Shown one piece after another: positions 1 through 8,170 of a stretch of DNA of 64,000 nt; the first letter of the stretch is position 1, and each line of letters opens with the position of its first letter. The notes beneath the pieces are model-generated. The model did not search any database. It was not told the origin of the DNA and saw nothing but the letters and a program-made list of their open reading frames with translations. A program made the position numbers and the translations under genes. This stretch comes from an uncultured Collinsella sp. (GTDB taxonomy: Bacteria > Actinomycetota > Coriobacteriia > Coriobacteriales > Coriobacteriaceae), in NCBI GenBank assembly GCA_958415665.1, contig CATYZK010000004.1:20142-84141 (forward strand), in the 5' to 3' direction.

Positions 1-290
1 CGCAGCGCCTTCACGGCGGCGGCGCAGTACTCCTGCGGGTCGCGGTTGGTGTGATACGCCAAAGACACACGGGCAACGCCGGGGACGGTGCGGATGACAC
101 GCGCCGCCTCGTCGGCCTGATGCTCGTTAAAGGTCACGAGGATATAACCGGAAATTCGAGACACGGCGTTCACGGAAAAGGCGGCCAAGGCCGCCTTGAT
201 GTTATCCATGAGGATATGCTCAAAATGTGCGCGGTTCTTGCCCTTCAGTCCAACCTCGTGATAGTGGACCAGGCAGACGCGAGCTGCCAT
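1..290 (-). CDS. thiI: tRNA 4-thiouridine synthase ThiI, N-terminal part (runs off window start)
   Basis: Open frame from ATG at 290 (abutting the rpoZ stop) to the window edge. My translation MAARVCLVHYHEVGLKGKNRAHFEHILMDNIKAAL matches the conserved ThiI N-terminal pattern (GExxLKGKNRxxFE). Absent from the ORF track because it is truncated. Confidence 0.6.
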   Translation of the reverse strand, partial: MAARVCLVHYHEVGLKGKNRAHFEHILMDNIKAALAAFSVNAVSRISGYILVTFNEHQADEAARVIRTVPGVARVSLAYHTNRDPQEYCAAAVKAL

Positions 291-572
291 TTAGGCTTCA
301 GCAACCTTGTGGCCGAGCGCCTTCTCGTAACGGGCCTCGTCGTAAGAGATGTCGCCGTCGACAATCTCGTCCATAGCCATCGAGATGGTATCGGCACCGG
401 AAAGCCCGATGGTGATGTCATCGACATCCTGGACGGCAAGCACGCGGTTGTGCTGGCCACGCAGCATGCTATTGATGTCGCAGGCGCGCTTGGAGGCAAG
501 CGAAGCGAGCAGGAAGCGGTTGTGATCGGTCTTCTCCAGAAGATCGTCAATGCAAGGCTTTACAACGGACAC
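291..572 (-). CDS. rpoZ: DNA-directed RNA polymerase subunit omega
   Basis: 93 aa. The NRFLLASLASKRACDI helix resembles the omega core. Conserved gmk-rpoZ adjacency. Confidence 0.85.
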   Translation of the reverse strand: MSVVKPCIDDLLEKTDHNRFLLASLASKRACDINSMLRGQHNRVLAVQDVDDITIGLSGADTISMAMDEIVDGDISYDEARYEKALGHKVAEA

Positions 573-577
573 GGACC

Positions 578-1147
578 TCAGATCCTTTCATGCATATCGA
601 GAACGCGAACGAGCTCATCGGTCGCGCGGTCGAGATCGTCATTCACCACGACGTCGTCGTAGCGGTCGGCAAGGGCAAGCTCATCGGCGGCGTTTGCCAT
701 ACGCAGCTCAATCGTCTCGGGCGTCTCGGTACCGCGACCGACTAGACGCTCGCGGAGCACCTCAAGCGAAGGCGGCTTGATAAAGATCAGCACGGCCTCG
801 GGGAAACGCTCCTTCACCTGCAGAGCGCCCTGGACATCGATCTCCAAAATCAGAGACGCGCCCGAGGCGAGCTTGGATGTGACCTCGCTCACCAACGTGC
901 CGTAGCAGTTACCGTGGACCTCGGCCCACTCAACAAACTCACCGTTTGCCACGCGGCGGTCGAACTCCTCGCGCGTCAGAAAAAAGTAGTTGACGCCGTC
1001 GACCTCACCTTTGCGTGGTGCTCGCGTGGTAGCCGAAACCGTCAGGCCCAGGTTCGAGCGGCGCTCGCGCACACGAGTGACGAGCGTACCCTTGCCTGCG
1101 CCTGACGGTCCAGAAATCACAAAGAGCTTGGAATCCTGAGCGCTCAC
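578..1147 (-). CDS. gmk: guanylate kinase
   Basis: GPSGAGKGT P-loop and the TTRAPRKGEVDGVNYFF guanylate kinase signature. Confidence 0.95.
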   Translation of the reverse strand: MSAQDSKLFVISGPSGAGKGTLVTRVRERRSNLGLTVSATTRAPRKGEVDGVNYFFLTREEFDRRVANGEFVEWAEVHGNCYGTLVSEVTSKLASGASLILEIDVQGALQVKERFPEAVLIFIKPPSLEVLRERLVGRGTETPETIELRMANAADELALADRYDDVVVNDDLDRATDELVRVLDMHERI

Positions 1148-1456
1148 TTATTTGGTCAGCTGCTCGAGGAGCTGCTCGCGCTGACGGACGCCGAGGCCCT
1201 GGACGCGACGAGTAGCGGAGATACCGAGCTCCTCCATGATCTTGGCGGCCTTGGCCTTGCCATAACCGGGGAGAGACTCGATGAGAGTGGAAACCTTCAT
1301 GCGGGAAGCGATGGGGTCATCGGAGTTGAGCACGGACTCGAGGGACTTCTCGCCCTTCTTGATCTGCTCGCGAAGCTCAGCGCGGGCGTGACGTGCGGCA
1401 GCAGCCTTCTCAAGAGCCTGCTTGCGCTGCTCGTCGGTAAGCTGAGGGAGTGCCAT
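1148..1456 (-). CDS. mihF: actinobacterial integration host factor MihF
   Basis: MALPQLTDEQRKQALEKAAAARHARAEL is the typical MihF N-terminus. GGAGG lies 6 nt upstream of the ATG at 1456, so the ORF-track start at 1468 is probably too long. Confidence 0.85.
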   Translation of the reverse strand: MALPQLTDEQRKQALEKAAAARHARAELREQIKKGEKSLESVLNSDDPIASRMKVSTLIESLPGYGKAKAAKIMEELGISATRRVQGLGVRQREQLLEQLTK

Positions 1457-1500
1457 TCGTACCTCCAAATAGTTGGGTTATATCTGATTCAATAATTGTC

Positions 1501-1509
1501 ATTTTAGCA
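1501..1509 (-). promoter_or_regulatory. extended -10 element (TGcTAAAAT) upstream of mihF-gmk-rpoZ
   Basis: The minus strand reads GTGCTAAAAT, about 45 nt upstream of the mihF ATG. Confidence 0.35.
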
Positions 1510-1695
1510 CGTAGAACGTACAAAATGCCTAATCGCGGCTCCATAGGTTAGACGATACCCGCAAAAAGTGCAATATACTGCGCCCAAAGTTAAGCCCCTG
1601 ACCTGCGATTCCACACAAAGGATGGGAAAGTTTACGCAGGCACAGGGGCTATTTTGTGCTAATGAGACCCAAAAGTGGTGACTTAGGGGAATCTT

Positions 1696-2412
1696 TTACG
1701 CGACGTTTTCGACCAGCTCGGCGACGATGGCGTCAAAGGCGGCAACCGGATCGTCGGCACCGGTGATGGGACGGCCCACCACAATGTGGCTTGCGCCACG
1801 CTCGATAGCCTGAGAAGGCGTCGCCACGCGGGACTGGTCACCAAGGGCGGCACCCACCGGACGCACACCCGGAGTCACGATCAGGGCATCAGGACCCAGC
1901 AGCTCACGCATGTCGTGAGCCTCCATCGGTGAGCACACGATGCCATCGATGCCGTTGGCCTGAGCAAGCTTTGCCAAGCGGGCGGCCTCCTCGGCCACGG
2001 GCGACTCGACGCCGATCTCGCTCAAGGCATCCTGATTCATGCTCGTGAGCACGGTAATGGCGACGAGCTTGGCGCGGTCCTCACGCGCCTCCTCGGCACC
2101 CTCGCGGCAGGCAGCGAGCATAGCACCCGAGCCCAGGCCGTGGACCGAAAGCAGGTCGGCACCGGCAAGCGAGGCCGAGCGGGCAGCGCCGCGCACCTGA
2201 TGCGGAATGTCATGGAACTTAAGGTCGAGGAAGACCTTAAAGCCAAGGTCCTTAAATGTCTTGACGATCTGGGGGCCTTCAGCGTAATAGAGCGTCATGC
2301 CGACCTTGAGCCAGGCGGCATGGCCCGAAAGCTCGTGGGCGAGCTCGAGCGCGCGCTCACGGTCGCAGTCGAGGGCGACGATAACACGGTCGCGGGCATC
2401 ATTCTCTAGCAT
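1696..2412 (-). CDS. pyrF: orotidine 5'-phosphate decarboxylase
   Basis: VALD...FLDLKFHDIP motif. Last gene of the pyr operon. Confidence 0.93.
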   Translation of the reverse strand: MLENDARDRVIVALDCDRERALELAHELSGHAAWLKVGMTLYYAEGPQIVKTFKDLGFKVFLDLKFHDIPHQVRGAARSASLAGADLLSVHGLGSGAMLAACREGAEEAREDRAKLVAITVLTSMNQDALSEIGVESPVAEEAARLAKLAQANGIDGIVCSPMEAHDMRELLGPDALIVTPGVRPVGAALGDQSRVATPSQAIERGASHIVVGRPITGADDPVAAFDAIVAELVENVA

Positions 2413-3314
2413 TCGAAAGCACCTACCAGCTCGTTGATGTCCTTCACGCCCTGGGACTCGGCCCAGGCTTCGAGCTCATGCGCGATCTTAAGCGAAGCAC
2501 ACGGATCGACGAAGTTGGCCATGCCGACCGACACGCAGGTGGCGCCGGCCAGGATAAACTCAGCCGCATCCTCGCCGGTCATGACACCGCCGACACCGTT
2601 GATGGGGATATCGACGGCCTGGGCAACCTCCCAGACCATGCGCACGGCGATGTGGTGGCACAGCGGGCCCGAAAGGCCGCCCTTGGGCTTGGCCACGCGG
2701 GACTTGCGGGTATGGACGTCGATGGCCATGCCCTGGATGGAGTTGATGACCGAAAGGCCATCGGCGCCAGCAGCCTCGAGGGCCTTGGCGATCTCGGCGA
2801 CGTTGACCGGCGCCATCTTCACGAACAGCGGCTTATCGGTCACCTTGCGGCAGGCAGCCATAACGGAGGAGGCGCCCTCGGGCGTGGAGCCCATGGCGGC
2901 ACCGCCGGCGGCGATATTAGGGCAGCTCACGTTTATCTCGTAGCCGGCAGCCCAGGGGCACAGCTCGACATACATCTCGAGTGCGCGGACAAACTCGTCA
3001 ACGGAGTGGCCGGCAACCTGACAGATGACCTGGCAGCCGTCCTTGGACAGCTGTTCGAGCCACGGACCGGACTCGCGAGCAAAGGCGGCCACGCCGGGGT
3101 TCTGAAGGCCCACGGAGTTGATCATGCCGCCGGGAATCTCGGCCATGCGGGGCGCGGGATTGCCGGGCCAGGGCTCGGCAGCGCAACCTTTGGTGGTGAT
3201 GGCGCCCAGCTGGGAAACATCAAAGAAGTTCTGGAACTGCCAACCGTAGCCAAAGGTACCGGCTGCGGTGTTGATGGGGTTCTGCATCTTGACGCCGCCG
3301 AAATCGACGGCCAT
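2406..3314 (-). CDS. pyrD: dihydroorotate dehydrogenase, catalytic subunit (class 1B)
   Basis: NPINTAAGTFGYG and SVGLQNPG motifs, paired with pyrK. Start moved to MAVDFGG (ATG 3314), just downstream of the pyrK stop. Confidence 0.92.
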   Translation of the reverse strand: MAVDFGGVKMQNPINTAAGTFGYGWQFQNFFDVSQLGAITTKGCAAEPWPGNPAPRMAEIPGGMINSVGLQNPGVAAFARESGPWLEQLSKDGCQVICQVAGHSVDEFVRALEMYVELCPWAAGYEINVSCPNIAAGGAAMGSTPEGASSVMAACRKVTDKPLFVKMAPVNVAEIAKALEAAGADGLSVINSIQGMAIDVHTRKSRVAKPKGGLSGPLCHHIAVRMVWEVAQAVDIPINGVGGVMTGEDAAEFILAGATCVSVGMANFVDPCASLKIAHELEAWAESQGVKDINELVGAFEC

Positions 3315-3328
3315 GTTCACGGTACCCA

Positions 3329-4120
3329 CTAGAAGACCACCACCTTGGAAGCATCGAACACGGGGCCGCACATGCAGGCGCCCTTCATACCGTCGACCGT
3401 CTCGACATTGCAGGTGTTGCAGGCGCCAAAGCCACAGCTCATCATGCGCTCAAGCGACACCTCGCAGTACGCACCGGCCTCGGCGGCTGCGGCGGCGACC
3501 TTCTTCATCATGACGGCGGGACCGCAGCTGGCCACGTAGTCGAAGCCGCCCTCTCCAAGCAGCTCGGCTGCCGGGTCGGTGCAAAAACCGTGCGTGCCGA
3601 GCGAGCCGTCGTCGGTGCACACATTGACCGTGTCGCAAAGAGCACGGAACTCATCGACGCCCACGGCCTTGGACGCGGTGCCAAAGCCCAGGCACACGTC
3701 GACGTCCACGCCCTGCTCGGCAAGCATGCCGGCCAGGCACAGCACGGGCGGAACGCCAATGCCGCCGGCGACAAGCAGCGCCTTCCTGGTGCCCTCGGGC
3801 ACGAACCAGCCGCGACCGCCAGGGCCCAGCAGGTTGGAGGTGGAGCCAGGGGCCATCTGCGACAGACGACGGGTGTCGTCGCCCACGACGGCGTACCACA
3901 GCTCGACGGTGCCGGCCTGGGCGTCGGCGCGATAGAAGCTCAAGGGCACGCGAAGCAGCGAGGACGCATCGCCGGGCACGGCGATGTTCACAAACTGACC
4001 GGGCTTGAGCGCACTTGCAAGCTTGGGGGCCGAGATAACGAGCGAGAAGATGCCGTCGGCAATCTCCTGGTTCGAGACGACCTCGAAGTCGTGCATGCGC
4101 GCAGTGGAAGGTGTGGGCAT
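3329..4120 (-). CDS. pyrK: dihydroorotate dehydrogenase electron-transfer subunit
   Basis: FAD/NAD-binding fold with a C-terminal CGxGxCxxC...C 2Fe-2S cluster motif (MSCGFGACNTCNV...CMCGPVF). Confidence 0.9.
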   Translation of the reverse strand: MPTPSTARMHDFEVVSNQEIADGIFSLVISAPKLASALKPGQFVNIAVPGDASSLLRVPLSFYRADAQAGTVELWYAVVGDDTRRLSQMAPGSTSNLLGPGGRGWFVPEGTRKALLVAGGIGVPPVLCLAGMLAEQGVDVDVCLGFGTASKAVGVDEFRALCDTVNVCTDDGSLGTHGFCTDPAAELLGEGGFDYVASCGPAVMMKKVAAAAAEAGAYCEVSLERMMSCGFGACNTCNVETVDGMKGACMCGPVFDASKVVVF

Positions 4121-4212
4121 AGACGCTCCAATCCCCCATGCGGTTGCATGGTTCAGGCGAACAGAAAGCGCGGCACCGCAAGGGCGCCGCGCACAAAAGC
4201 GATAAGGCTATG

Positions 4213-5485
4213 CTAGCAGATGCAGCCGTCGGCGAGCGTCTGCTTGCCGCCGACAAACACATCGGTGGCACGACCGGTGAGCGTGCGGCCGGCAAAACCG
4301 GAGTTCTCGGCACGCGACTCGTAACCGTCCTCGCCGACCGTCCAGGTTGCGGTGGGATCGAACACGGTCAGGTCGGCAACGGAGCCCGCCTTGACCTGAA
4401 CCTGGTCGAGGCCCAGGATCTCACGCGGCTTGATGGCCATGAGCTCGACCATGCGGCCCATGCTCATCTTGCCCGTGTTGACCAGCTCGGTGAGGACGAG
4501 CGACAGCGAAGTCTCGAGGCCGATCATGCCGAAGGGCGCAAGCTCGAACTCGCGGGCCTTCTCCCACGGGGTGTGGGGAGCGTGATCGGTGACGATAACG
4601 TCGACGGTGCCGTCGATGACGCCCTGGCGGATGGCCTCGGCATCCTCCTCGGTACGCAGCGGCGGATTAACCTTGAGCGAGGTGTTGTAGGTCTCGTCCA
4701 GGTCGTTCTCGGTCAGGAACATGTGGTGCGGGGTGGCCTCGCAGGTAACCTGAACGCCAGCGGCCTTACCGGCACGCACGATCTCCAGGCCATGGGCGGT
4801 GGAGATGTGCTGGATGTGCAGCTTGGCACCGGTCAGCTTGGCGATCTCGATGTCGCGGGCGATCTGGAGCTCCTCGCCGGCAGCCGGCCAACCCTCGAGA
4901 GCCAAACGGGTCGAGACCTTGCCCTCGTTGATCTGGCCGTGGCCGACCAGGTCCTCGTCCTGGCAGTGGCTCATAAAGACCTTGCCGAACATCTTGCCGT
5001 AGTCCATGCAGCGACGGAGCATGCCCGCGCCCTGCACGCCGCGACCGTCGTCGGTGAAGGCGACGGCGCCGCGGGCGACCATATCGCCCATCTCGGACAT
5101 AGCCTCGCCCTTAAGACCGCGGGTCATGGCGCCCGACGGATAGACGCGGCAGTGACCGACCTCGGCAGCGCGGGACTTGACGAACTCCACGACGGTGCCG
5201 TTATCGGTGACGGGATCGGTGTTGGGCATGGAGCACACGCCGGTAAAGCCGCCCTTGGCAGCTGCGCGGGTGCCGCTCTCGATGTCCTCTTTGACCTCGT
5301 AGCCGGGCTCGCGAAGGTGAACGTGCATATCCACCAGACCGGGGACGAGGTACTTGCCGGAAAGGTCGCGGACCTCGGCTCCCTCGACGGCGAGATTCTC
5401 GCCGACCTCGGCGATCTTGTCGCCGTCAATCAGGACGTCAACGACACCGTCAAGCTCGACGGACGGGTCGACGACGTGGGCATTC

Positions 5486-5502
<17 letters not shown>
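4213..5502 (-). CDS. pyrC: dihydroorotase
   Basis: LVDMHVHLREPG metal-binding motif. Start set to MALLLKNAHVVDP (ATG 5502), which overlaps the pyrB stop. The ORF-track N-terminus is an out-of-context extension. Confidence 0.93.
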
Positions 5503-7031
<1,529 letters not shown>

Positions 7032-7058
7032 TCACATGTCTTGACTGCTGACACAGTC

Positions 7059-7099
7059 AAAAAAATAGATGCCCGACCGCTCAAAGCGGACCAGACACC
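7059..7099 (-). promoter_or_regulatory. terminator-like hairpin plus U-run in the pyrR 5' leader (candidate PyrR attenuator)
   Basis: The mRNA reads GGUGUCUGG-U-CCGC-UUUGA-GCGG-UCGGGCAUC followed by UAUUUUUUU. That is 13 bp including G-U pairs, with one bulge. It ends about 40 nt upstream of the pyrR ATG. Confidence 0.45.
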
Positions 7100-7272
7100 C
7101 ACAGGAAAGGCTACTCTTTGGCAGCTATGTAATTCCATGTGGGTATCTCGTACCCCTTTAATGGTCAAGGGATAGTGTAGCCAACCTAGAGCGTAATTGC
7201 GAGTATAAATACAGAGCAATCCGTAAACGGAGTCCAATGCTCCATAAACCTATATATATTTGTGGGACGAGC

Positions 7273-7301
7273 TTGAAAACGCACGCACGAGCTGGCATAA
7301 T
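7273..7301 (+). promoter_or_regulatory. sigma-70-like promoter upstream of rpmB
   Basis: TTGAAA (7273-7278), 17-nt spacer, CATAAT (7296-7301). Confidence 0.4.
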
Positions 7302-7470
7302 CCCCTCTGCTGCACGCAAATCGGATCTACGTCCAGGGCCGTGGCGTGGGCACTATCGCCAAAAGAGGAATATCTCTGTGTAGATTACGCACAGGGAGCT
7401 GCTTCTGTGCTATAGTTCAGGCTTGTTTGTTAACGCGACATGTTCGTTTGTCGCCCAAGGAGGGTCAGTT

Positions 7471-7659
7471 ATGTCCAAAGTTTGCGAAGTTTGCGGTAAG
7501 CACCCCGTTGCCGGTCGCTCCATCAGCCACTCTCACCGCGTCACCAACCGTAAGTTCCGCCCCAACATCCAGCGCGTCTACGTCGTCGTCGATGGTCACC
7601 GTCGCAAGATGAACGTTTGCTCCACCTGCCTCAAGTCCGGCAAGGTTGCGCGCTCCTAA
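7471..7659 (+). CDS. rpmB: 50S ribosomal protein L28
   Basis: MSKVCEVCGKHPVAGRSISHSHRVTNRKFRPNIQ. AGGAGG lies 7 nt upstream of ATG 7471. Two CxxC pairs indicate the zinc-binding form. Confidence 0.93.
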   Translation: MSKVCEVCGKHPVAGRSISHSHRVTNRKFRPNIQRVYVVVDGHRRKMNVCSTCLKSGKVARS

Positions 7660-7727
7660 ATAAGGTCTTACCAACAAGTACCTCGGACTCTCCGGGTCAA
7701 AGACCTCGCGTTCACATAGAACTTACC

Positions 7728-7760
7728 AAAGGCGTCCTTTCATGTAGAGGGCGCCTTTTT
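7728..7760 (+). terminator. rho-independent terminator after rpmB
   Basis: AAAGGCGTCC / GGGCGCCTTT stem (one mismatch) followed by TTTTT. Confidence 0.6.
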
Positions 7761-8018
7761 GCACTCATTGGAGACAGACTTACATGAGTGTTTGCAGATG
7801 TAAAAGGGATCGTAGCCCAGCTGATATGCCTTGAAGCTTGACCAGCGGTACGCATCGAGCGAGTCGAGCGCGCCTTTCACAGGATTGAGATGGATATAAT
7901 CGAGCAACTGGACCGCCTGCGTGTCCGACTCGACCGCGACCCGCGAATAGCGATTATCAAACAGGCGGCCCGTTCTCCCCGTTTTCCCATTGAAATACTC
8001 ATGTAAGTCTGTCCCCAA
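7740..8018 (-). pseudogene. C-terminal fragment of an IS200-like / REP-associated tyrosine transposase (RayT, Y1 family)
   Basis: YFNGKTGRTGRLFDNRYSRVAVESDTQAVQLLDYIHLNPVKGALDSLDAYRWSS matches the C-terminal half of the Y1/RayT family. The N-terminal HUH half is absent. The TTG start and the last 10 codons are supplied by the flanking inverted repeats. Confidence 0.6.
7764..7788. repeat. left copy of 25-bp inverted repeat bracketing the RayT fragment
   Basis: The reverse complement of CTCATTGGAGACAGACTTACATGAG matches 7998-8022 at 24 of 25 positions. Confidence 0.9.
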
Positions 8019-8022
8019 TGAG
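7998..8022. repeat. right copy of 25-bp inverted repeat bracketing the RayT fragment
   Basis: CTCATGTAAGTCTGTCCCCAATGAG. It matches the reverse complement of 7764-7788 at 24 of 25 positions. Confidence 0.9.
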
Positions 8023-8048
8023 CGGCCATGCGAACAGGTGGTTTTAGT

Positions 8049-8078
8049 TAAAACGCTTCAGTTTATTGAAGCGTTTTA
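8049..8078. promoter_or_regulatory. perfect 12-N6-12 palindrome upstream of adhE (candidate operator/activator site)
   Basis: TAAAACGCTTCA gtttat TGAAGCGTTTTA. Its centre is about 74 nt upstream of the TSS predicted from the extended -10. Confidence 0.4.
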
Positions 8079-8121
8079 GTGTGCCTTTTACGGGAATCTT
8101 ACCACTCACCGAATTATTTAT

Positions 8122-8130
8122 TGCTATTAT
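8122..8130 (+). promoter_or_regulatory. extended -10 element (TGcTATTAT) upstream of adhE
   Basis: TGCTATTAT lies 41 nt upstream of the adhE ATG. There is no good -35. Confidence 0.35.
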
Positions 8131-8170
8131 GCAAGGCGTAGGGTAAATCTCCGATCGCAAGGAGACACAA

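Noticed and set aside
51-662. 203-aa plus-strand ORF at the window start
   Set aside because: It overlaps thiI', rpoZ and the gmk end in antisense. It has no motif support.
7041-7065. Hairpin TTGACTG-CTGACA-CAGTCAA followed by A7 on the plus strand as a terminator
   Set aside because: On the transcribed minus strand the U-run precedes this stem rather than following it, and the plus strand shows only an A-run. The U-run belongs to the upstream hairpin (7068-7099). This stem is more likely part of the pyrR leader fold.
7764-8022. Inverted-repeat-flanked 209-bp segment as a promoter inverton controlling adhE
   Set aside because: I found no outward-facing promoter with a proper -35/-10 pair inside the segment, and no invertase gene is adjacent. 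I keep this only as an alternative to test with read orientation, not as a call.
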